Position numbers and translations under genes: made by a program. Below are positions 53,010-64,000 of a DNA stretch of 64,000 bases, piece by piece. The notes under the pieces are model-generated. The model had not been told where the DNA came from, searched no databases, and worked only from the letters and a program-made list of their open reading frames with translations. Position 1 is the stretch's first letter; every line of letters begins with the position of its first letter. Origin of the DNA: Eledone cirrhosa (Eukaryota); NCBI GenBank assembly GCA_964016885.1, contig OZ024744.1, forward strand, positions 41,850,001 through 41,914,000, read 5' to 3'.

Positions 53010-55700
53010 AAACTATTCTTCAACCCAGCTGAAAAAAACATATAAGATGAGTAAAATTTATCCTACGAGGTTAACTTTTAATAAAAGAGTTTGTATACCA
53101 CAACAAATAGATGACGAGACAGAGGCACAGTTCACTATATCTAGAAATAAGATTAGACAAATAGTAGACCGATATACTAAGAGACAAAGCAGACCAGAGG
53201 TCCAACAACTTGGAAGGAAACCTGTAGAAAGCTTAGTTAGCCTCAAGCAGCGCACAAGGAATGGTGAGGTAGTGTGTCTACCCACAGATAAATCTGGTAG
53301 GATGTCGATAGACAGCATGCCGAACTACATCAAGGCTATGCAACTCCACATCACCAACACGAGCGAAATCACACAACAAACACATGAGGGGAGAGAGAAG
53401 ATACTCAACGCTCACATGATGATGTAGAACGACACCCTAAAGCCAAGCAGACTCACTGCCAACAACTTCCAGGCGTCTAACAGTGACATTCCACCCTTGT
53501 ATTGACTCCGCAAAGACTATAAGACAGTCGACGACCCAACAACAGGACCGCCAACAAGACCCGTATGCGGAGTCAATATCGCTCACAACTACAGGATCTC
53601 CTACTTCCTCTTAATGGTTATACGCCCCATAATGAAGATGTTTCCAGATGTATGTAACAGTACAGAGGACCTCCTCAACAGAATCGATGAGTGCAACAAA
53701 AATAAAAACCTATCTAGCTTCATAATAGGCAGTATGGATGTGGTATCACTATACCCATCCATTAACATTGATTTTGGTGTGGAAAAAATGTGGATATGAT
53801 CAGTGAGAGTGAGGTGGAGTTCTGCGACGTCGACACAGATGAACTGGGCCTCCTTCTTAGACTTACCTATGACACCGAGTACCTAGACAGCCATGACCTT
53901 AGCCGTTTCTGCCCCAGTAGACCCATAAGTGGTAGACCCCCCCCCCCCACACCATAATTTCAATGGCAAAAAAGACTCCCATGAGAAGGTGAATTGGGTG
54001 GACCAAAGCCATACGGACCCCCCCTCCCAAAAAAAAACAATGATCAGGTGAGAAAAATGGTCGCGCATTCTATAAAGGCCAGTATTAAAACTACCCTATA
54101 GGCCATATATTCAAATTCAACGAAAAGATCTACACCCAAAATGTGGGAGCATAGCTGGTGACGTTGCCAACCTTTTCATGGTATGGTGCGAAAGGAGATC
54201 TCCTTGATGAGATCTCCATAGACCTCATCATGTAATCTTGTTACGTAGACGATATTAATACAGTAATAAGGACACCCCCACTAGAAAGTACTAACAAATA
54301 TGATTTAGAATGTAGCACAATGGAAATCATCCAGCAGATAGCTAATTCCATACACCAGAGTATAACTGTAACTATCGACTACCCTTCCAAACACCCTAAC
54401 AATAGACTACCTGTATTAGACACGGAACTCTGGATTAACACTATGGACGAGAGGGCCCAACATCTCCACTCACACTACACTAAACCCATGGCCTCCAAAT
54501 ACCTGATACTCAAAAACTCAGCAATGTCGAGTAGTGCTAAGTTTAATATTCTAATCGCACACTTGGTACGAGTGATGAAGAACGTGTCCCGCATGTGCGA
54601 CCAAACAGAAATGGAAAGACACATCCAACACTTCATCAACCGCATGCAGTTCTCTGGCTACAACCAAAGAGACAGAATTAGAGTATACAAAGAAGCCACG
54701 GAGAAGTATAAGACCCTCATAGAACTGGACATGAAAGGAATTTGCCCATTATACAGGAGCAAATCATGGAATAACTTAGATAGGACTAAACATAAGATAG
54801 GGAAAGCCACCTCGTGGTACGACAACCAGAGATACCAGAGTGCCATGTTCGTAGACGCTACCCCTGGAGGGAAATTAGCTAACCAATGTAGAAAGGCCCT
54901 GAGAAAGACCCACTTAAAGATTAAAGGGGTAAAAAGCCAGGAACTTCCATAAAATCCCTGATCAGCAAAACAAACCCTTTAAAAAAAACCCACTGTACTA
55001 ATAGGAAATGTGTTATATGTAAAGTAAACCCCCAGATAAACTGTAAAACTAGAAATGTAGTCTATAGCATAAGATGTACAGAGGGTACTTGCATAAACAT
55101 GACAACAACATACATAGGCGAGACAGCTCGAAGCATAGGAGAAAGAATAGACCAACACCGGGGGGAATTAAAAGGACGAAAAAACGGTTCATTACTATAC
55201 GAACACGCCAGACAACAACATGACGGTAACATAGACAACATAGAAATAAAAATAATATCTAAACATAGAAATGACCCAGCAGGTAGGCAAATCAGAGAGG
55301 CAAGCGAAATAGAGCTTAGAAGGCCAAAGCTAAACAGAAAAAATGAATGGAATAACAACAACACCCAAACAAACAATTAAGAGAAATATAAATAAATAAA
55401 TAAATATAAACACAAGCACAATAACAACAAAGACATATAAACACATACTAGTAAACTAAGATAGAATACAATAACCAAAACACAGTTACCCAAACACGAG
55501 CACTCATCAAACACTATACACACACGCAAATGCATGCACAGAAAAAAAGACAAAAATAAATAAATAAACAGATAAAATAAAAATTGCGTAGACATACAAT
55601 ACAACAGGAGGAACATAATAGTACCACTGATGATGTTGCAGATGTGCAACGAAAGAACTTTGGTAGACTATATATATATGTGTTTATATCTATATTATAT
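53010..55700 (+). mobile_element. Penelope-like element pseudogene (RT plus C-terminal GIY-YIG endonuclease, downstream pLTR with hammerhead); clade possibly Nematis-like (uncertain)
   Basis: Motifs PTDKSGR, IPPLY*LRKD, TRPVCG, GSMDVVSLYPSI, YVDD (54242-54253), LPVLDTELW, HYTKPMAS, MQFSGY, FVDATPGGKLA, NVVYSIRC..YIGETARSIGERIDQH..EH..RQIREA..LNRKNEW. Several stops and frameshifts. Confidence 0.88.
55621..55666 (+). ncRNA. Minimal type I hammerhead ribozyme motif in the Penelope pLTR
   Basis: Stem I TACCA/TGGTA; core CTGATGA plus one extra T; stem II GTTGCA-gatg-TGCAAC; GAAA; 2-bp stem III (AG/CT); cleavage triplet CUU. Confidence 0.75.
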
Positions 55701-55923
55701 CTGTATTTTTGACCGTTGGTCAGTCAATGATAAACATTGTGGCACAAATTGAATTAACTGTGGAGATATAAAAGATACAGAAGCGAAAACCAACCAAACA
55801 GTGAGTGTGTTCTGTTATTAATTCTGGCAATATTATTACAACAATATGACCCTCCCTAAGTATAACAATATTTGTTTCGACACACGATTTCATATAAAAA
55901 ACCTGGCAAAACATATATATATA

Positions 55924-56285
55924 TATAAACGTTTGTATATGTATAATACAGCCAAAACAATGCAGGTATGGACATAGAATAAAGAATGCAAATGCAAAAG
56001 ACATTGTTGACAATTAGTCTTTTACCTTAGATTTATTTAAATGTCCTTAATTTTCGAGATAATATCTCTTCTTCAGAGCGGAGTAAAGTTGTCAACCAGT
56101 GTTCTAAATAGCTTGCCAACTTTACTTCGCTCTGAAGAAGAGATATTATCTCGAAAATTAAGGACATTTAAATAAATCTAAGGTAAAAGACTAATTGTCA
56201 ACAATATCTTTTGCATTTGCATTCTTTATTCTATGTCCATACCTGCATTGTTTTTGGCTTTATTATATATATACAAACGTTTATA
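55924..56285. repeat. Long near-perfect inverted repeat (~172-bp arms, 17-nt spacer) with a hammerhead-like core in each arm
   Basis: 55924-56095 is the reverse complement of 56113-56285 with few mismatches. CTGAAGA-A-GAGAT-att-ATCTC-GAAA lies at 56132-56156. Confidence 0.9.
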
Positions 56286-56323
56286 CCTCATTACACAATG
56301 CTTCAAGTGAACTATAACCTCCT

Positions 56324-56455
<132 letters not shown>

Positions 56456-57100
56456 TCTACAATTTGGGATAAATAATTTCCAGGTTATGTAGAAACTTGT
56501 ATATAATCCATAGTGTTATACACAAGCGGGCCCTTATAAACTCATGAGTGGATGCCCAAATAATATCGATATAAGAATTATATCTACATTAATAGAATGG
56601 TGATGGTCTCCCTCAGCGCTTTGAATGGACTGGTAGATTAGAAAATCCAGCAGTCCTCCCAAAGATAAAATACACGCTGTCCCCAAAAGGGTAAAGGGAG
56701 GTCATCTTAAAATAAAACAATATACACGCTGGTCATTAAAACCTGTTAGGTATTTACCACGTGTATATCCACTCAATTGGATATTAAAAGAATAATTATA
56801 TGTATACACAACCAATGCACACACAGAGATATTAAAACATAAATACATGTATGGATCACCCATATATACACACAGCCATTCTCTAAAGCTAAATCAGACA
56901 TGGGATACAAGGAAGATCAATCAGTATTTCATATAAAAAATAGTAATAATAAAGAGAGTCGTACCTTATATCTGGAAATCATATCAAGCCACCAAAAGTA
57001 TATATTCATATATTCAATACGTAAACAGAGAAAGCCTTAAGCGATACTCCGACCAACTCCATCTCACTCAACAAACATTAGGATATACCTAAGTATTTTC

Positions 57101-57205
<105 letters not shown>

Positions 57206-57328
57206 TACCAAAAGTTTACGGTAGTGTCCAATCCGTATGAAGAACTCAATGTAATCCGGATATCATGAAAAGAGAAGATGCATTCAAAAACTACTTTCGG
57301 TGAAAAATAAACGGAAAACAGAGTCAAG

Positions 57329-57494
57329 ATAAATTAATAAAATAATGAATAAACAAAGAAACAGTTCCTTATATTAAAAAAAATTCATCATTTTACGATC
57401 GTTTCTAGGATATATATGTGTTAGAGTTGGTATGCATATTCTATAGATCTATGTACAATATTTATACAAACTATCAGAGGGAATATACATACCT
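57329..57494. repeat. Left arm of a 166-bp inverted repeat (partner 60045-60209)
   Basis: Reverse-complement identical to its partner apart from A8 versus T7. Confidence 0.93.
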
Positions 57495-58773
57495 TGAAAA
57501 CACAAGTAAAGTAGTTAATTTCCTAGATATAACATTAGACTTATCTACGGGTATCTACCAACCTTACCATAAACCCAACCAAAATTTACACTACATACAC
57601 TCACAATCTAATCACCCTAAATCTATCCTTAAAAACCTTGCATATAATATATCACTTAGAATTTCTAACCTTTCATCTAACCAAGATATATTTGATAAAA
57701 ATGCGACCTTTTATAACGAAGCTTTAGCTAGAAGTGGCCACAAAAATAGATTAGTATATATACCTTCTACCAATAACACTACAAACATACAACCTAATAT
57801 TACCAACAAACACCAAATGAAACATACACACCTAAATGCCACTCACACTATACCCCAAAACACCAACATAAAACCAAATTTCTCTAACTCTTCTAATATA
57901 CAGTATAGTAACTCTCAAACAACTACTCATCCTACAACTCTAATAAATGTTAATAATAAAACTCCTAATAAACAAGCTAAAACACCTAAATCAATAAATC
58001 TAACTAAAAATGTGTGTGGTGAGGTCATTAACAATAATTCTCTTAAGAAATATCAGGATGCATCCTATAAAAACAATAAACAAGATCGAAACCGTAATAG
58101 ACGAGTTACTTGGTATAATGCTCCATTTAATTTACAAATTAAGGATAATATACCTAAAAAATTCTTTAATATCCTAGAGAAAAACTTCCCGCCAAACCAC
58201 AAATACCATCAAATCTTAAATAGATCAACGGTTAAATTCTCCTACTCAACAACCAAAAATATAAAACAAAATATAAGTGCCTATAATGCATATAAATGTA
58301 AAAAAACCATGAGTATACCACCAGTACATCAAACTAACCATAATATCTCCTCAGATACAGGATTCACGAAAAGTTGTAACTGTAGAAACAAGGCAAACTG
58401 TCCATTAAAAGGAAATTGCCTTGTTAATAACATAGTATATAAATGTAAAGTTAACACTAAGGACTCAATTTATTCATATATAGGAGCTACCTCTAACAAA
58501 TTTAAGGTAAGATTTAATACCCACAAACATAGTTTTAAAAATGCCGCACTAGCTAATACAACATCTCTAGCTGAAATAATTAATAGTTATAGAAAGAGGA
58601 ATATAGATTATAACCTGACCTGGAGTGTGCTCAAAAGGGCCACCCCTTATCAAAATAGTAGATATGAATGTAGATTATGTTCCCAAGAACTTTTTGAAAT
58701 AATGAAATCTAAGGATATCCTATTAAATAAGCGACAGGAATTAATAATATCGTGTAATCATAAACTGAGATAA
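57495..58773 (+). mobile_element. Penelope-like element, Naiad-like, 5'-truncated but uninterrupted ORF (RT C-terminus/thumb plus GIY-YIG)
   Basis: Motifs VNFLDITLDL..PYHKPN..YIHSQSNHP, VTWYNAPF, FPPNHKY..KFSYS, CNCRNKANCPLKGNCL, IVYKC..YIGAT..FKVRFNTH, CRLC..LNKRQEL..CNH. No YxDD is present. The ORF-track start at 57418 lies within the inverted repeat and is not real. Confidence 0.85.
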
Positions 58774-58782
58774 ACCTTTAAA

Positions 58783-59004
58783 TATTATAAACCTAATTAA
58801 TATACACTTTAGAAATTAATATATAAACTATTTTTAATTTAGTTAACCTATAATTAATATTCTACTACTGATGAACTACATAATTCTGCTTTAAATAATA
58901 TAAACCTAATTAATATACACTTTAGAAATTAATATATAAACTATTTTTAATTTAGTTAACCTATAATTAATATTCTACTACTGATGAACTACATAATTTT
59001 GCTT
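58783..59004 (+). repeat. 113-bp tandem duplication in the PLE 3' region
   Basis: TATAAACCTAATTAATATACAC..CTACTACTGATGAACTACATAATT occurs twice (CTGATGA at 58868 and 58981). Confidence 0.9.
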
Positions 59005-59153
59005 TCCTTCTTACAACTATCATTTCCTAAAACTGATACCATTAAGTAAACATATACAATGCTTTAACTTCAGGTTATGACTATGATCCTTGAAAACTAT
59101 ATATATTTATTATTTCTCACTAATAAATTTAATTCACCCCTCCCCCAATAATT

Positions 59154-59308
59154 ATATGTATGTGTAAGTGTGTATGTGTGTATATATATGTATGTATGTA
59201 TATATGCATGTATATATGCATGTATATGTATATATATATATATATATGTATATGTGTATATATATGTGTATATATATGTGTGTATATGTGTGTGTGTATG
59301 TGTGTATA

Positions 59309-59364
<56 letters not shown>

Positions 59365-59378
59365 TATATATATATATA
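59154..59378. repeat. (TA/TG)n degenerate microsatellite
   Basis: Read directly from the sequence. Confidence 0.95.
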
Positions 59379-59635
59379 TTATTTTTATATTCTTTTAATT
59401 TCCCCTCATCTTTAACAGCACTTTTCAACTGCATCTAACTCTTATTTATCATATCTATATGTATTAGTATAATTTTATCAATATAAATATACCCATCAAT
59501 TAAATTAATTTATATTCTTTTCATAGATGTATTTTTTCACTAACATTCTTATCGTAAAACTTTAGTCACCTTAGATATTTGTATTGGCATTACTATTTTA
59601 TAACAGCAACTGCTTGTATACCTTTTACTGACAAC

Positions 59636-60034
59636 CTGACCTATTTTCACCCCTAAAATAAGCTTCAATTACTACTATTTTACCATTTGGCCAATTATTA
59701 ACTTTCTATTGGTTAATTCTAAACCTCTTACCAAACAGACAGAATATATTAGATCTTTGTTGGTTTTATTCAATGAACAAATAAAATTATTTCTGAGGTC
59801 AGCATAAGACCTATTTCTTGCCTAAAATAATCCTTCATTCATAATATTCTTTTCCTTCCAAAACTGAAATCTACCTTCCTCTACCCATAATTTAAGGTTC
59901 TTCTACTACTATATTACTACCTGGACCTTCACTATCTCTCTATTGGTCAATTCAAAACCTGTTCCCAAACAGACCTATTGTATTGAATCTTTGTTTTTTC
60001 AATAAACAAATATCATTATTTCTGAAGACAGCAT
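59636..60034 (+). repeat. Diverged direct repeats (~170-235 bp spacing)
   Basis: CTATTGGTTAATTCTAAACC..AAACAGAC..TTATTTCTGAGGTCAGCATA (~59706-59805) versus CTATTGGTCAATTCAAAACC..AAACAGAC..TTATTTCTGAAGACAGCATA (~59940-60035). GACCTATTT..CCTAAAATAA also occurs twice. Confidence 0.7.
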
Positions 60035-60044
60035 ATATATGTGT

Positions 60045-60203
60045 AGGTATGTATATTCCCTCTGATAGTTTGTATAAATATTGTACATAGATCTATAGAA
60101 TATGCATACCAACTCTAACACATATATATCCTAGAAACGATCGTAAAATGATGAATTTTTTTAATATAAGGAACTGTTTCTTTGTTTATTCATTATTTTA
60201 TTA

Positions 60204-60209
<6 letters not shown>
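60045..60209. repeat. Right arm of the 166-bp inverted repeat
   Basis: Reverse complement of 57329-57494. Confidence 0.93.

Positions 60210-60289
<80 letters not shown>
60207..60289. repeat. (TA)n(GA)n compound microsatellite
   Basis: Read directly from the sequence. Confidence 0.98.
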
Positions 60290-60291
<2 letters not shown>

Positions 60292-61267
60292 AAATGACAG
60301 GAGGCTGGACTGGTGAAATTCCTTAAAGATTTATTATAAACACTATGCACATTTTAATGCCCGGGTTCTGCATGAACCCGGTGACATCATCAGGTGTACG
60401 AACATTATCTAATAAAGGAATATAATAATGGTAGACACAATCCAAGGGGCTGAAAAGTAGAGAGAAATGTTTAAGTCCTGAAGGCGGCCAGAGCCAGCAG
60501 TTGCCAGCCTGGGTGGCCGCCTTCAAGTGAGGAATCTACTTAATTTCGTCTCGTCGGTCTGGTCAGGGGGCTGTACACTTATAGAGCATACCCCTACTAC
60601 CGTGTTATGGGCACACGCTAGTGGTTAATGAGATCAGATTACATAGAAGAAAAACATTTTTTTCGTTGCGTTAGTCAAAAGTCCTAAAAAATACTAAAAA
60701 ATATATAAAATATATAGTGGACGAATGTAGAGTCATGATGGTATGAAGTTTAAAAGTAGCAAAATTTGATGAAATAGGTAAAAAAATACTAAAAAACATA
60801 TATAGTAGACGGATATACAGTCAGAACCAGAACCCAAAAGGTTTTAATGTAGAGTTAGAAATTACGATTAAAGATTAAGTATGTATACAATTAAAGATTA
60901 AAAATTAAAAATTTAGGTTTAAAATTGAGAGTTTTAGTTAAAGAATTTGTAGAAGGAAGCATTTATGTAAAAGTTAAAAATATCTTTGATAGTCATAATA
61001 AAGTTTTTGGGTAGAATTTAAAGTTAAGATCGAAGATTAAAATGTAAAATTTAAGAGTACTGTTTGGCGTACCCAAAGGCGTACTAACCGTTCCGAGTAT
61101 TTTCGTCTACCGAAAGAAAAAGAAATTTATTTTTCCAAGCACTCTAGGAAGGTAGACAGACTCAGACACTGGGGACTGCAGGCGGGAAGGCCGTCACAAC
61201 CAGCTGATCATCCAACGTATACAAAGCGATTATTAATTATTCATATAAGTGGTGTGAAGTTTAAAAG

Positions 61268-61878
61268 TGTAGTGGAACTACGTCGCACCTCGCAATAGTA
61301 ATATTTTCATATGCGATAAGGTCAAACTAACCAATGGGAAGTTGCGTATGAATACATGGTCAATCTCACTCTCGCTCTCTGGTGAAAAACCTCAGACAGC
61401 ACTCGAGAGACCAGACAGACCGAGCTGATCCGGAGATGACACGGACACGTAAGGATTTATTGTAAAATGACTCCTACATTCCTTTCGACAAATAAAATGA
61501 TATTTATAGAGGATTGAGCGTTAAAGAGCTATTTATTTATATCCTGGAAGTCAGAAGCATTTACTACCGAAGAGAAGCTACCAACTCTTCGATTAAGGTA
61601 TTTCAATTATATCGCAGTATCGGTAGAGGATCGGACGTCATGCTTTGACGCTCAGAGTTACGGCCCTTACTATGCTGAGTTTAAATCCCGCCGAGGTTAA
61701 CTTTGCCTTTCATCCTTACAGGGTCGATATAATAAAGTACCATTAATTCACTGGGTAATGCTGGCCTTGTGCCAAAAGTAGAAACAATTCTATCGCTTAT
61801 AAATAAGATCCTTCGAAGACTGATAGCATGCAATTGTAAAAGGATATAAATAACATTTAACCCCTCATTTTATCTATA
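61268..61878 (+). mobile_element. Putative 5' LTR of the Gypsy element (contains a SINE insertion)
   Basis: Starts TGTAG and ends CTATA (CTACA with one change), 3 nt before the PBS. The second LTR lies outside the window, so the left boundary is inferred. Confidence 0.6.
61614..61788 (+). mobile_element. tRNA-derived SINE inside the LTR, with TSD
   Basis: GCAGTATCGGTAGAG..GAGTTTAAATCC..CCTTGTGCCAAAAGTAGAAACAA. Flanked by CAATTATATCGC (61604-61615) and CAATTCTATCGC (61785-61796). Confidence 0.88.
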
Positions 61879-61881
61879 AAA

Positions 61882-61893
61882 TGGTGACCTGAC
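61882..61893 (+). promoter_or_regulatory. Primer-binding site, tRNA-Trp-like
   Basis: TGGTGACCTGAC approximates TGGTGACCCCGAC, the complement of the tRNA-Trp 3' end used by CsRn1-lineage elements. Confidence 0.7.
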
Positions 61894-62136
61894 TGTAAAG
61901 AATACATCCGCCACACACATATAACACAATAACACGATATTTCCTTCGCACATGGCATTTTTGTCCAATATGGCGTCTCACCTCTTCGTTCTTCATCACT
62001 GATTCCCGCGCTTTTACTTTGGCCGACATAAGCGCACTCTCAACTGTTGCAATTATACTACGGAACTTAAAAAATTATTTTTACTTGTTTTGTTCACAAC
62101 TATTTTGATAAAGTTTACGAACGTCTTTCTCCTGCA

Positions 62137-62916
62137 ATGTCAAGTAATTCACTGCCGGTTTTTTGCGGGGATGTGCGAATCTGGCTGGCACAAATAGAAT
62201 CATTTTTCCCCGCACACAATATTTTGTCCGACTCTAGACAGCTCCACCTTTCACTGCGTGCCATTCCTGCTTCCTTGCCACCATCGGTTAAGGACTTGAT
62301 TACCGACCCGGTTCCGGAGGCTACCTATAGCAGCATGAAAAAGGAAATCCTTAACCGCACTTCTGTCTCGGCGGAAAGGAAGTTTCGCACTCTAGTTAAC
62401 GATGTACACCTTGGCTACTATACACCTACACAACTCTTACGGAGGATGAGAGAGCTGGCAGAAGACGCACCGGCCGACAGCGCCATGTTCAAGCAGCTTT
62501 TCTTCTCTAGGCTGCCGCCTAATGTCCAGGCCATTTTGGCAGCGATGACCGAAACCAGTTTGGTGGATCAGTTGGCATCATCCGCTGATAACATTTTGGA
62601 GTACTCCGGCAATTCGACCACTACTACCCCATCACGACTTGCAACAAATGCTTCACCTTTTCCTGTCGTTTCGGCCAGCGCCACTTCGACCAACGAAGCA
62701 ACACTAAAGGCCATCCTTGACCTTACGAAGGAGGTACATCTTCTTCGTTTATCCAGATCGAGATCTCTCCGACAACGGTCGCGGAATCGCTCGAATTCTT
62801 CACGCCATCGTTTCCAACCTTCACCATTGCGAGCATGCTTTTACCATAACCGTTTCGGAGCCTCTGCTCATAAATGTATCCAGCCTTGTTCCTTTCACTC
62901 CGGGGAAACTAAGTAA
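62137..62916 (+). CDS. gag: Gag of a Ty3/Gypsy element (CsRn1/Kabuki/Boudicca lineage)
   Basis: ATG-initiated 259-aa ORF with WLAQIESFF, PTQLLRRMRELA, LFFSRLPPNVQAIL and the CHCC finger C-x2-H-x9-C-x3-C (CFYHNRFGASAHKCIQPC). Confidence 0.85.
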   Translation: MSSNSLPVFCGDVRIWLAQIESFFPAHNILSDSRQLHLSLRAIPASLPPSVKDLITDPVPEATYSSMKKEILNRTSVSAERKFRTLVNDVHLGYYTPTQLLRRMRELAEDAPADSAMFKQLFFSRLPPNVQAILAAMTETSLVDQLASSADNILEYSGNSTTTTPSRLATNASPFPVVSASATSTNEATLKAILDLTKEVHLLRLSRSRSLRQRSRNRSNSSRHRFQPSPLRACFYHNRFGASAHKCIQPCSFHSGETK

Positions 62917-64000
62917 CGGAGAATTAAGCATGACGTCTTTTCCGCAATTATATACTGAAAGTCGTGCATTTTTCATTACAGATTCCTTCTCGCACGCACG
63001 CTGCCTCATCGACACGGGTGCGTCTTGCAACATTTGGCCGTTAAAACTCTTGAAAGAGAAACCTCCTCTCTCACAGATATCACTACAAGCTATAAACCAT
63101 TCAGCTATCCCTACGTATAGACAAATCTCTCGCTCTTTGGACCTGGATTTACGTAGAGATTTCTCATGGATTTTCACCATAGCTGATTTGCCATATCCTA
63201 TTCTGGGTGCTGATTTTTTGCATCATTTCAATCTTATGGTTGGTATGCGGACACGTCGTTTATTGGAAGCAACTAGGAATTTTTCTGCGCTTGGACGTAC
63301 TTCAGTAATCCAGTATATCAGTCCAGTCTTCTACATCGAAGCTCGGATGACCCGTATCATGCGCTTTTGCATTCCTTTCCGGAATTAACGAACCTGAACT
63401 TTGTGGCAGATACCCCTACTCACTCTACCAAACATTTTATTGAGACTAAGGGTGCTCCAGTTTTTTCACGCCCGCGTCGCCTTGCTCCGGAAAAATTGAA
63501 AGCGGCTAAGGCAGAATTTAACCATATGCTGCAGTTGGGTATCATTCGCCCTTCTTCCAGTCCGTGAGCCTCGCCTTTGCACATGGTGCCGAAACGTTCG
63601 GGAGACTGGCGTCCCACTGGATATTTTCGGCGATTAAATTCGATCACCGTGCCAGACCGTTACCCAATTCCTTACATCCAGGATTTCACTTCTTCGCTTC
63701 ACGGATGTACTATCTTTTCAAAATTGGACCTGATCAGAGTATACCATCAAATTCCTGTGAATCCTGCGGACATTCCTAAAACTGCCGTTACTACACCTTT
63801 CAGTGCATTCGAGTTTTTAACAATGCCTTTTGGACTACGCAATGCTGCTAGTACCTCCCAGCGATTTATGGATGAAGTCGTCCGCGAACTGGATTTTGTA
63901 TATTGTTACATCGACAATATTCTCATCGCGAGTGCTTCACCGGAGGACCATATCTCGCACCTCCGCCAACTGTTTGAACGATTTAGGCAGTACCAAGTTC
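62903..64000 (+). pseudogene. pol: Pol (protease plus RT), disrupted; runs off the window end
   Basis: Protease LIDTGAS..ILGADFL. Frameshift near 63340-63370. [41 protein letters not shown]. The catalytic YIDD reads YIDN (63907-63918). Confidence 0.88.

Noticed and set aside
57230-57310. Degenerate hammerhead (ATGAAGA..AAAACTACTT)
   Set aside because: Core nucleotides CUGA and GAAA are not intact and the stems are unconvincing.
58860-59000. Tandem hammerheads at CTGATGA (58868, 58981)
   Set aside because: No stem II or GAAA follows; at most a truncated relic.

Overview
Eukaryotic, AT-rich and almost entirely repeat-derived window; no host gene is supported. The SINE and LINE families resemble ones I recall from octopod cephalopods, but that taxonomy is inference. 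Layout: (1) 1-7.25 kb holds nested decayed elements: five pieces of R4/Dong-clade non-LTR retrotransposons with restriction-like endonuclease, a hAT transposase relic with one TIR, tRNA-derived SINEs and a 3' fragment of a Tx1/L1-like LINE. (2) 7261-49457 is a ~42-kb tandem array of a 33-bp unit (GAGTATTAGATAAGGGTATTAGATAAGTCTCAT, ~1,280 copies). It flips orientation at ~8030 and shows nested higher-order repeats of ~1.1-1.85, 2.18, 3.85 and ~20.6 kb. (3) 49458-52571 is a GC-rich, 5'-truncated Tx1/L1-like LINE abutting the array. (4) 53-60.3 kb holds two Penelope-like elements (RT plus GIY-YIG), hammerhead ribozyme motifs, inverted-repeat architectures and (TA)n/(GA)n tracts. (5) 61268-64000 is the 5' LTR, tRNA-Trp PBS and gag-pol of a decayed CsRn1-lineage Ty3/Gypsy element. 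The most notable observations are a 3' terminus shared by the SINE and the Tx1-like LINE (candidate SINE/LINE partnership with a common AT-rich target), the satellite inversion junction and HOR hierarchy, and a Naiad-like Penelope element with a long linker and inverted termini. All calls were made by eye; no searches were run.
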